Assembly (NCBI GenBank): GCA_963977445.1
Contig: CAXBPH010000177.1
Location: forward strand, 1-14,447
Source of the DNA: an uncultured bacterium
Lineage (GTDB): Bacteria > Hydrogenedentota > Hydrogenedentia > Hydrogenedentales > JAEUWI01
Length of the DNA stretch: 14,447 nucleotides
Reading direction: 5' to 3'
Position numbers and translations under genes: made by a program. Positions 1 through 7,704 of the stretch are shown in pieces; position 1 is the stretch's first letter, and the number at the start of each line of letters is the position of its first letter. Below the pieces are notes generated by a model. It saw nothing but the letters and a program-made list of their open reading frames with translations, ran no database searches and was not told the DNA's origin.

Positions 1-1246
1 TTTCAATTGATGCCGGACGCCAGCTGCCCGCTTCCGCGACGACGGCAATACCATTGGTAGCATCGCTGGTCACGAAAGTGGGATGTTCATAGATGGTCTG
101 GCCTGCCAGGGCGTTGGCCACCCCACCGCGGAAGGCAAGGCCAACAGGATAGGTAGTCAGACGGCTTGAGGGCACTTCGTCAAAGGTCGCGCCGCCGTCA
201 CCCGTAATGAGAATGCTTATCTCGAGCATGGGCGTACCGGCGATCTTCGTTGCCGGTGCCGTGCTCAGTGCACGGGCCTCATCCGCCCCTAACAAGGTAA
301 CCAAATCATTAGCGAGGACCGCGATCAGAACGCCGGACTCGCCGGGCTGCAGAATACCCCGTGAGACAAAGACCTCTACGGAAGAACTGGAATCACCATC
401 GGGCTGCAACGAAATGTAGACGGGCTCATTGGGAAATGAAGAGTCCGCGTCGAATCGCACGACACCCGCGTTACGGGTCAATGCAGTTTCAGACACGGTC
501 ACTGCAGACAGCCACATGTCCCCATCATCAGCAAGCAATGAAAATGGATTGTTGGGCAATCCACTGTTTGCCGTGTCATCGGCAGCCCGCGCCTGGGTAA
601 GGGTAAAGGTGGACGAGTCCTGCAAGGTACTGCCCGACGAATAGACCCGATTGGCCATTGCAACAACCGTGTGGCGACCGAGAGCGAGTTCGCCATAGCT
701 ACCGGCCATCAAGTCGTAGGGGGCTTCGGTTACCGTACCCACTAGTTGTCCGTCGAGGGTATAGGCGACCGAAGCCGTGTCGGCCTCACAGTTGGTTTCG
801 CTGGAATAGAAAACCGGCGTCTGCGAAAGCCCCGGGGTGACTACAATCGTCGCACCCCCTTGTGGCTGCGTCATATTCAAGGAGGAAAGGGTGCAGTTTG
901 CACCGACCCGGACCAGGTTTGCACGGGTTACGGTGTTTGACCCATCGTCGGATCGCACCGTAAGGGAGACACCAAAAGTTCCCGGCGTAGTAAACGTGTA
1001 CGTGGGATTCTGGCTGGCACTCGTGCCACCATCGCCAAAATTCCAGGCCCACTCCGCAATCGCGGCTCCGCTGGTCGTAGACGTGTCCGTGAAGGTGACC
1101 GTCAACGGCGCGAGTCCGGAAGTGGACGTTTGGGTGAACCCGGCCACCAACGGATTTGGTATACCCGTCGTTGGACACCCAGCCAACATTAACCATGCCC
1201 CAACAAAAACCAACAACCCTACTACGTTTCTTCGGAGCAACATCAC
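1..1246 (-). CDS. Secreted lipoprotein with PKD domain, Ig-like domain and an unassigned domain; 3' end runs off the window
   Basis: Manual translation of the - strand gives an open frame from GTG 1246 (or ATG 1243) to the left edge, 415 codons without a stop. GGAGG RBS at 1254-1258. N-terminus MLLRRNVVGLLVFVGAWLMLAGCP has a lipobox (LAGC). PKD signature APLTVTFTDTS...WAWNFGDGGTSASQNPTYTFTTPGTFGVSLTV, followed by Ig-like VAYTLDGQLVGTVTEAPY...GRHTVVAMA. Confidence 0.9.
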   Translation of the reverse strand, partial: MMLLRRNVVGLLVFVGAWLMLAGCPTTGIPNPLVAGFTQTSTSGLAPLTVTFTDTSTTSGAAIAEWAWNFGDGGTSASQNPTYTFTTPGTFGVSLTVRSDDGSNTVTRANLVRVGANCTLSSLNMTQPQGGATIVVTPGLSQTPVFYSSETNCEADTASVAYTLDGQLVGTVTEAPYDLMAGSYGELALGRHTVVAMANRVYSSGSTLQDSSTFTLTQARAADDTANSGLPNNPFSLLADDGDMWLSAVTVSETALTRNAGVVRFDADSSFPNEPVYISLQPDGDSSSSVEVFVSRGILQPGESGVLIAVLANDLVTLLGADEARALSTAPATKIAGTPMLEISILITGDGGATFDEVPSSRLTTYPVGLAFRGGVANALAGQTIYEHPTFVTSDATNGIAVVAEAGSWRPASIE

Positions 1247-1337
1247 GGATAAACCTCCCGTTTGCTAATGTCTTTCTCTGTTCGCCGGGAACTGCTACCC
1301 GGTCGTTCTTCGAATTAAAGCTTTCGCCAAAGGCCTA

Positions 1338-1367
1338 ACTATAGCCGAGAAGTCGGCATTTACGCAA
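1338..1367 (-). promoter_or_regulatory. Putative sigma70 promoter for the PKD lipoprotein gene
   Basis: - strand reads TTGCGT-N18-TATAGT, about 90 nt upstream of the start codon. Confidence 0.4.
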
Positions 1368-1480
1368 TCACAAATACGTAAAACCGCATTCTACCCAAAA
1401 ACCGTCACGTATGACATAGCTGACTTGACGGCCGGTCAAGACCACGTGGGAGAGGACCTGAATTCGCCCACACCAAAATC

Positions 1481-1509
1481 TTTACCCGGCTAAACCTGCG
1501 CGGTATACT
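1481..1509 (+). promoter_or_regulatory. Putative sigma70 promoter for the LolA-like gene
   Basis: TTTACC (1481-1486)-N17-TATACT (1504-1509), 88 nt upstream of ATG 1598. Confidence 0.5.
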
Positions 1510-1597
1510 CTTCTTCTGACGAGGTGGGCGTTCCTCCGGTTACGGGGGCTGCCTCGGTAATAGCAGGTCGTGGCCAGCATAAAATAAAGGTTTTCTC

Positions 1598-2272
1598 ATG
1601 GGTAAGATCGTTTCCGTTTCCCTATTCTTGTGTCTCCTTACCTGTGGCGTGTGCTACGGTGCCACGCCAACGCTGGAAGAAATTCGCACCAGCATGGACA
1701 GCACCTGGCAAGAGGTGAACTCCATGAGTGCCGATGTCACCATGAAATTTAACATGCCCGTCGGTGCCTCGGCCTTGCCCATCGCTGCGGTCGGCACCTT
1801 TGACTACCTCCGGGAAGACGGTAAAGACAAGTCACGTCAGCGGATCGCGGCCAAGGTGCCGGAACCCTTTGCCATGGAAATGAAGCTCGACATCCTCTTT
1901 GATGGTAAGAAAATGTATACCACCATGGAATTGATGGGTCAGAAATCGACCGATATCGGGGAACCGTCCCTCGAACAGGGCGCCCTCCCTCCCGGTGGCA
2001 CACGGCTCCTCGACGCCCTGGAAAAGCACCTGGATCTTAGCGTGGAACCCAATGAAACCATCGATGGCCACGAAGTTTATGTGCTAATCGGGGTCCCGAA
2101 GGAGAAGGATGCCCCCGTGCAGAAGCTCAAAATCTGTATCGATAAAGCCATCGCCGCCCAACGCAGGACCGAAGTCTACCAACTCGACGGCACCGTGGGC
2201 GTCACGGTCTCCTTCACCAATTTCAAACAGAACACCCAGCCCGACCCCAGCCTCTTTGTCCCCACAAAATAG
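1598..2272 (+). CDS. LolA-like periplasmic protein (outer-membrane lipoprotein carrier/sorting fold)
   Basis: 224 aa with a signal peptide. LolA-superfamily pattern: 'VNSMSADVTM' first strand, 'ILFDGKKMY', 'ETIDGHEVYVLIGVPK', 'KICIDK', and C-terminal 'VSFTNFKQNTQPDPSLF'. Confidence 0.75.
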   Translation: MGKIVSVSLFLCLLTCGVCYGATPTLEEIRTSMDSTWQEVNSMSADVTMKFNMPVGASALPIAAVGTFDYLREDGKDKSRQRIAAKVPEPFAMEMKLDILFDGKKMYTTMELMGQKSTDIGEPSLEQGALPPGGTRLLDALEKHLDLSVEPNETIDGHEVYVLIGVPKEKDAPVQKLKICIDKAIAAQRRTEVYQLDGTVGVTVSFTNFKQNTQPDPSLFVPTK

Positions 2273-2440
2273 GCCAAAAGCCGCCCAGATTTAATGGTGG
2301 GTTGCCTGACGCACCGCCTACGGGGTACTGTAGGTCCTCATTGTGCCCCAAATCGGGAAGATAAACGGGAAATGGGGTATAAATCCCAATGGGTAAATCA
2401 CGCAACCCCTATAATTGCACCGGGTTCGACAAGGTAAGCG

Positions 2441-2457
2441 CTGGCACAGTACTTGCT
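2441..2457 (+). promoter_or_regulatory. sigma54 (RpoN) -24/-12 promoter upstream of the moxR-bat operon
   Basis: CTGGCACAGTACTTGCT matches TGGCAC-N5-TTGCW. GG (2443-2444) and GC (2455-2456) are exactly 10 nt apart. Correct orientation, ~115 nt before moxR; predicted TSS ~2468. Confidence 0.8.
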
Positions 2458-2571
2458 GCTCTATGGGGAACCTGCGGTATCGGCAGCCCAGGCAGGCCTG
2501 CCGCTGTGGGACCCCGGTAAATCGTAATCAAACGTCGCTGCCGTGACGGAGATCAGGAGGAGAAGAGCCGT

Positions 2572-3561
2572 ATGGCTGTGGATGTCAATCAAATCAGTGC
2601 CCAGGTCGAACAGGAAGGGGCCCTGTTACAACAGGTTCGTTCCGAAGTCAAACGGGTCATCGTGGGCCAGGATAAACTCATCGACCGCCTCCTCCTTGCC
2701 CTCCTCTGCAATAACCACGTCCTCATTGAGGGTGTTCCCGGGCTGGCAAAGACCCTCTCGGTGACCACCCTGGCCAAGGTCGTGCAGTGCAGTTTCAACC
2801 GCATCCAGTTTACGCCCGATCTCCTGCCCGCCGACGTTATCGGCACCCTGATTTACAACCCGAAGGACGGGGGCTTCGTTACCAAAAAAGGCCCCATCTT
2901 CGCCAACGTTATTCTCGCCGACGAAATAAACCGCGCACCGGCCAAGGTGCAGAGCGCCCTGCTGGAAGCCATGCAGGAGCAACAGGTTACCATCGGTGAT
3001 CAGAGCTACAAGCTGGCCGATCCCTTCTTCGTGCTGGCCACCCAGAACCCCGTGGAGCAGGAGGGCACCTACCCCTTGCCCGAGGCCCAGGTGGACCGCT
3101 TCATGCTCAAATTGCGCGTGGACTACCCCACCAAGGCCGAAGAGTTGCAGATTCTTCGTTCCCAGGCCCGGTCCACGGTCAAGAACGATGCCAACCCGGT
3201 TCTGGCTATTACCGATATTGCCCGCCTCCGCGATTTGGCCGATTCTATCTATATCGATGAAAAAATCGAAGAATATATCGTCAATCTCGTGGAATGCACA
3301 CGTAATCCCGATGCCTTCAAGCTCGATATCGGCGACTACATCCGATATGGTGCCTCGCCCCGTGCCACGATTTTCCTGGCCATGGCGGCCCGTGGTCATG
3401 CCCTGCTCCAGGGCCGTGGCTATGTAACCCCCCAGGACGTGAAAAGCATCGCTCCCGACGTGTTGCGCCACCGGGTCGTGCCCACCTACGAAGCCGAGGC
3501 CGACGAAAAAACCGCAGAAGACCTGGTGGCCCAGATTCTCGATACGGTGGATGTTCCCTGA
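2572..3561 (+). CDS. moxR: MoxR-family AAA+ ATPase (MoxR-proper, Bat-associated)
   Basis: 329 aa. Walker A variant EGVPGLAKT, RIQFTPDLLPAD, Walker B ILADEINRAPAKVQSALLEAM, ATQNPVEQEGTYPLPEAQVDRF, lid GASPRA. AGGAGG RBS at 2555-2560. Confidence 0.97.
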   Translation: MAVDVNQISAQVEQEGALLQQVRSEVKRVIVGQDKLIDRLLLALLCNNHVLIEGVPGLAKTLSVTTLAKVVQCSFNRIQFTPDLLPADVIGTLIYNPKDGGFVTKKGPIFANVILADEINRAPAKVQSALLEAMQEQQVTIGDQSYKLADPFFVLATQNPVEQEGTYPLPEAQVDRFMLKLRVDYPTKAEELQILRSQARSTVKNDANPVLAITDIARLRDLADSIYIDEKIEEYIVNLVECTRNPDAFKLDIGDYIRYGASPRATIFLAMAARGHALLQGRGYVTPQDVKSIAPDVLRHRVVPTYEAEADEKTAEDLVAQILDTVDVP

Positions 3562-3619
3562 TCATGAGCCCCCAAATAAAAGGCGTGATCTAAACCCCAG
3601 ACAACCCGAACGACGCCCC

Positions 3620-4498
3620 ATGATCTCTAAAGAACTTGCCAAAAAAGTCCGTTATATCCAGATCATGACCAATAAAGCGGTCAATGATGTGCTGGCGGGC
3701 GAGTACCATAGTGTATTCAAGGGGCAGGGCATGGAATTCGACGAAGTGCGCGAATACCAGCCCGGCGACGAGATCCGCACCATCGACTGGAACGTTACGG
3801 CCCGCACGGGACACCCCTATGTAAAGCGCTTCCGGGAAGAGCGGGAGCAAACCCTGCTCTTTCTGGTGGACCTGTCTGCCTCCGGCCACTTTGGCAGCAT
3901 AAAGAATATGAAAAATGAGGTGGCCACCGAGCTGTGCGCCCTCCTCGCCTTTTCGGCCATAAAAAACAACGACAAGGTCGGTCTGGTGGTCTTCACGGAG
4001 ACGGTGGAGCTTTTCATCCCCCCCGCGAAAGGCACGAGCCACGTATTGCGCCTCATCAGTGAATTGCTCCGTTTTGAGCCCCAGCGCAAAGGCACTAAAA
4101 TCACGGCCGGCCTCGAGTATGCCGCCCGCATCCTCAATCGACGCAGTATCGTCGTGCTCATCAGCGATTTCTTCGACACCGACTATGAGCGGACCCTTCG
4201 CATATTGAGTCGTCGTCACGATCTCATCGCCGCATCGGTCAATGACCCCCGGGAATATGAACTTCCCAATGTGGGCCTCCTCGATTTGGAAGATGGCGAA
4301 ACGGGCGAGCTGGTAACCCTCGACACAGGCAGTGCCGACATACGACGGGCTTATAAGGCCCGGGGCCTCCAACGGAGTGCCGAATTACGCGACACCTTTA
4401 AATCCATGGACATCGACCTCATTGAAGTCGGCACGTCCCACGATTATCTGTTGGATCTCATTCGATTCTTTAAACGCCGCGAACGGCAAAGACGGTAA
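3620..4498 (+). CDS. DUF58 domain protein (VWA-like MoxR partner)
   Basis: GEYHSVFKGQGMEFDEVREYQPGDEIRTIDWNVTAR motif, VDLSAS, NDKVGL, VLISDF. Start placed at ATG 3620 (MISKELAKKVRYIQI, typical of the family) rather than 3551. Confidence 0.95.
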   Translation: MISKELAKKVRYIQIMTNKAVNDVLAGEYHSVFKGQGMEFDEVREYQPGDEIRTIDWNVTARTGHPYVKRFREEREQTLLFLVDLSASGHFGSIKNMKNEVATELCALLAFSAIKNNDKVGLVVFTETVELFIPPAKGTSHVLRLISELLRFEPQRKGTKITAGLEYAARILNRRSIVVLISDFFDTDYERTLRILSRRHDLIAASVNDPREYELPNVGLLDLEDGETGELVTLDTGSADIRRAYKARGLQRSAELRDTFKSMDIDLIEVGTSHDYLLDLIRFFKRRERQRR

Positions 4499-4510
4499 CC
4501 CCCCAGCTTC

Positions 4511-5623
4511 ATGACTATGCCACGTATCCGGATACCAATGAGCCCCTTCAGGATGGCCGCCCCCCGCGCCATGACGCTGCTTCCCATGCTGTTGCTCGTC
4601 GTGATGGCCGCTGGTTGTGGCGGCAGCAAGCCAGAGAGCGAGACCACGCCGCCCGGACCCCATCAGGACTATGACCGGGGCCCCTTGCAACTTTCTCTCA
4701 CTACCTCTGCCGATCCCATTTCGACGGTGGAGACCCTAACCCTCACCTTGAGCGCCACGCTGGATGAGGGCTTCGGCGTTCAATTCCCCGCCTGGCCCGA
4801 GCCCGTGGAGGATAGTGAGGAAGGCACGGAAGATACGCCTTCGGTCTTGCCGGAAAAAAACCTATTTACCCTGCTGAACTATGAAGACGGAGCACCCGTA
4901 TTGCTGGACGACGGCCGTGTCCGTCGTGAACGCACCTACTTCCTGGAGCCCTTCCTCGAAGGCCCCTACACCATTCCTTCCCTGGAAATTCGTTTTGGCA
5001 CCGAAAAGGAAGCCGAGGACACCTGGCACCGTCTCGATACCGATTCCCTGACCATCACGGTAGCCTCCGTACTCGCGCCCGATGCCGAGCCCGCCCTCCA
5101 AGATATTCTGGGGCCGGTTTCTGTGCAGAACCCTACGCCCTGGGGCTGGTACACCTTGTGGACCCTCCTTTTGCTGAGCGCCCTGGGCTACGCCTATTAC
5201 TACCGTTTTGTCCGCGTCGTGCCCGGTCCCCCGCCACCGCCTCCCGTGCCGGCCCATACCCGTGCCCTCGAAGCCCTCGAAGCCATCCAACAGGAAAAGC
5301 TCGTCGAGAAGGGCCTGTACAAGGAATACTACATTCGCGTTTCCGACGTGCTCCGCCGCTACATGGAAGACCAGTTCGGCCTTCACGCCTCGGAGCATAC
5401 GACAGAAGAGTTCCTACAGGACCTGCAACACAATGCCGTACTGGCCTTGCAGGAACAACTCCTGCTGAAAGAATTCCTCCGCCACTGCGACCTGGTCAAA
5501 TTTGCCAAACGGGAACCCACGTCGGAAGAAATTCAGCACACCTTTGACACGTGCAGACAATTCGTCAAGGACACGGCAGCCACGCAAAAACTGGCGGCAC
5601 CGAGCCCGCAGGCGGAGGCGTAG
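4511..5623 (+). CDS. Bat-cluster membrane protein (periplasmic BatD-like Ig domain, one TM helix, cytoplasmic helical domain); possible lipoprotein
   Basis: Conserved position between DUF58 and batA. 'YFLEPFLEGPYTIPSLEI', 'LQDILGP', TM WGWYTLWTLLLLSALGYAYYY, and C-terminal 'KEYYIRVSDVLRRYMEDQFGLHASEHTTEEFL...CDLVKFAK'. Lipobox-like VMAAGC with Cys at 4616. The true start may be a downstream ATG (4538, 4553 or 4571). Confidence 0.85.
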   Translation: MTMPRIRIPMSPFRMAAPRAMTLLPMLLLVVMAAGCGGSKPESETTPPGPHQDYDRGPLQLSLTTSADPISTVETLTLTLSATLDEGFGVQFPAWPEPVEDSEEGTEDTPSVLPEKNLFTLLNYEDGAPVLLDDGRVRRERTYFLEPFLEGPYTIPSLEIRFGTEKEAEDTWHRLDTDSLTITVASVLAPDAEPALQDILGPVSVQNPTPWGWYTLWTLLLLSALGYAYYYRFVRVVPGPPPPPPVPAHTRALEALEAIQQEKLVEKGLYKEYYIRVSDVLRRYMEDQFGLHASEHTTEEFLQDLQHNAVLALQEQLLLKEFLRHCDLVKFAKREPTSEEIQHTFDTCRQFVKDTAATQKLAAPSPQAEA

Positions 5624-5626
5624 CCC

Positions 5627-6694
5627 ATGCATTTCGCTTCTCCGCTGGCCTTACTCCTCCTGCTGCTGCTGCCGGGCGTGTACTACCTCAGTCACTACCG
5701 GCGCCCCCACGCGACCCTGCGATTTTCGGCAACCTCGCTGGCCCGGGCCGCCGGGGTGTCCACCCGACAAAAGCTGGCCCCCTTCCTCCCCTTCCTCCCC
5801 GTGCTCCGCTTTCTGGCACTGGCACTCTTCATCATTGCTCTGGCCCGCCCCCAACAGGGACAAGAGCGGGTCCGTGATCTCAGCAAAGGCATCGCCATCG
5901 AAATGGTCCTCGATCGCTCGGGCAGTATGGCGGAAGAAATGGACTTCGAAGGCAATACCCTCAACCGCCTGGAAGTGGTGAAACACGTTTTTGACGAGTT
6001 TGTTCAAGGTAACGGTCGCTCCCTCGGCGGACGTCCCAGTGATCTCATTGGACTCATCAGCTTTGCCCGCTATGCCGACACCATCGCCCCCCTGACCCTG
6101 GGACACGACGCCCTTTCCCGCCTGGTGGAAAAAGTCGAGCTCGTTCAGGTCAAAGAAGAAGACGGGACCGCCATTGGCGACGCCCTGGCCCTGGCGGCAG
6201 CGCGCCTCAAGACCGCAGAAGAAGCCCAACTGCGGGTCAACGCCAAACTCGGCAGCGATTATGAAATCAAAAGTAAAATCATCATTCTCCTAACGGACGG
6301 CCAGAGCAATTACGGCGACAACGATCCCGGTGAGGCGGCCCAGCTTGCCAAAGAGTGGGGCATCAAGATCTATTCCATCGGCATCGGCAACGACCCGAGC
6401 CAGTCGGTCATGCAAACACCCTTTGGTGCCATTGCCATGCCCCAGCAACGGACCCTCGATGAAGGCACCTTAAAGGGATTGGCCGACGTGACGGGCGGCA
6501 TCTATCGACGGGCTGACACGGCAGAGGGCCTCCGCGAAATCTATGAAGAAATCGGCGAACTCGAAAAGAGCGAAGTCGAATCCCTTCGATACCTCGACTA
6601 CAAGGAGCGTTTTGTACCCGTGGCGTTGGCTGGCCTGTTGTTGCTCGTATTGGAAATCGTCTTACAAAACACGTGGCTGAGGAAGCACCCATGA
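5627..6694 (+). CDS. batA: BatA, VWA domain membrane protein
   Basis: MHFASPLALLLLL BatA-type N-terminus, IIALARPQ, MIDAS DRSGS, DLIGLISF, GTAIGDAL, IILLTDGQSN, IKIYSIGIG, and a C-terminal TM. Confidence 0.92.
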   Translation: MHFASPLALLLLLLLPGVYYLSHYRRPHATLRFSATSLARAAGVSTRQKLAPFLPFLPVLRFLALALFIIALARPQQGQERVRDLSKGIAIEMVLDRSGSMAEEMDFEGNTLNRLEVVKHVFDEFVQGNGRSLGGRPSDLIGLISFARYADTIAPLTLGHDALSRLVEKVELVQVKEEDGTAIGDALALAAARLKTAEEAQLRVNAKLGSDYEIKSKIIILLTDGQSNYGDNDPGEAAQLAKEWGIKIYSIGIGNDPSQSVMQTPFGAIAMPQQRTLDEGTLKGLADVTGGIYRRADTAEGLREIYEEIGELEKSEVESLRYLDYKERFVPVALAGLLLLVLEIVLQNTWLRKHP

Positions 6695-7704
6695 AGTTCT
6701 ACGGTGTACCCATGTTCCATTTGTTCTGGCTCCTGCCCGTGCTCGTCGCGCTCTGGGGCCTGGCCCACTGGCGTCGCAAACAGGCGCTGGAACGTTTCGC
6801 CGTGGCCGAACTTCTGGGCTCCCTGAATCAGCGCATCAACAACGCAGCACGCATCTGGAAGCAAATTCTCCTCTTCCTCGCCATCGCCTTTCTCATTCTC
6901 AGCCTCGCCCGCCCTGCGTGGAATCCCCAACCCCGAATTGCCAGTCGCGAAGGGCGCGATGTCGTCTTTATCGTAGACGTCTCCCGAAGCATGCTGGCCG
7001 ACGACCTCGCGCCCAACCGGCTGGAGCGGGCAAAGCTCTCGATTCGCGATTGTCTCGAAGGTCTGGACGGTGACCGCGTCGGACTCATCGCCTTTGCAGG
7101 CTCCTCGGTGGTGAAATGCCCCCTGACCATGGACTATGGATTCTTCCGCATGATGCTCGAAGAAATCGGGCCCAACGATATCTCCCGGGGCGGCACTCTC
7201 ATTGGCGACGCCCTGCGCAAAGCCATCAGCGAAGTCTTCGACGAAGCCGATAAGGAATTCCGGGACATTATTCTGATTACCGACGGCGATGATCAGGAAA
7301 GCTTTCCCGTGGAAGCCGCGAAGTTGGCCGGTGAAGCGGGCATACGCATTATTGCCATCGGTCTGGGCGATGAGACCCAGGGGCAGCGGATTCCCATTAC
7401 CGACGAACAGGGCCGTCGCACCTTCCTCACCTACCACGGCGAAGAAGTCTGGACCAAGCTGAATGCGGAAACCTTACGCGACGTGGCAAAAGCCTCTCAC
7501 GACGGGGCCTATCTCAATGTCGCCACCGGTGCCTTCGATCTCAAAACCATCTATCAGGAATTTATCGCGAGTGCGAAAAAGAAGTCTCTCGAAGACGCGC
7601 GCATTACCGCCTACGAAGAAAAGTTTCAGGTCTTCCTCCTCATGGCCATCGTATTACTTGTCGCGGAAACCCTGCTCAGCGAACGGAAGCGAATTGCATC
7701 ATGA
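6691..7704 (+). CDS. batB: BatB, VWA domain membrane protein
   Basis: Start ATG 6691 overlaps the batA stop. SLARPAW, VDVSRSMLADDLAPNRLERAK, GDRVGLIAFAG, CPLTMDY, IILITDGDD, and a C-terminal TM. Confidence 0.92.
   Translation: MKFYGVPMFHLFWLLPVLVALWGLAHWRRKQALERFAVAELLGSLNQRINNAARIWKQILLFLAIAFLILSLARPAWNPQPRIASREGRDVVFIVDVSRSMLADDLAPNRLERAKLSIRDCLEGLDGDRVGLIAFAGSSVVKCPLTMDYGFFRMMLEEIGPNDISRGGTLIGDALRKAISEVFDEADKEFRDIILITDGDDQESFPVEAAKLAGEAGIRIIAIGLGDETQGQRIPITDEQGRRTFLTYHGEEVWTKLNAETLRDVAKASHDGAYLNVATGAFDLKTIYQEFIASAKKKSLEDARITAYEEKFQVFLLMAIVLLVAETLLSERKRIAS

Noticed and set aside
207..1338. Short ORFs listed in the track over the left end (e.g. 837-1268 +, 786-1196 -)
   Set aside because: They overlap the real - strand PKD lipoprotein frame, which the track missed because it has no stop within the window.
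1516..1570. CTGACGAG resembling the hammerhead core CUGANGA
   Set aside because: No GAAA follows the candidate stem II, and there are no stems I/III.
2317..2334. Hairpin CCTACG-N6-TGTAGG after the lolA-like gene as a terminator
   Set aside because: The stem is short and has no U-tract.
2410..2415. TATAAT as a sigma70 -10 for moxR
   Set aside because: It has no plausible -35 or extended TG, and the sigma54 element is a much better match. It cannot be entirely excluded.
3551..3619. Upstream start for DUF58 overlapping moxR (similarly 6673 for batB and 10719 for batE)
   Set aside because: Family-typical N-termini and ATGA coupling favour 3620, 6691 and 10752.
5780..5800. 9-bp duplication CCCTTCCTC x2 in batA (PFL-PFL)
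   Set aside because: It is only a two-copy in-frame microduplication with no evidence of function.
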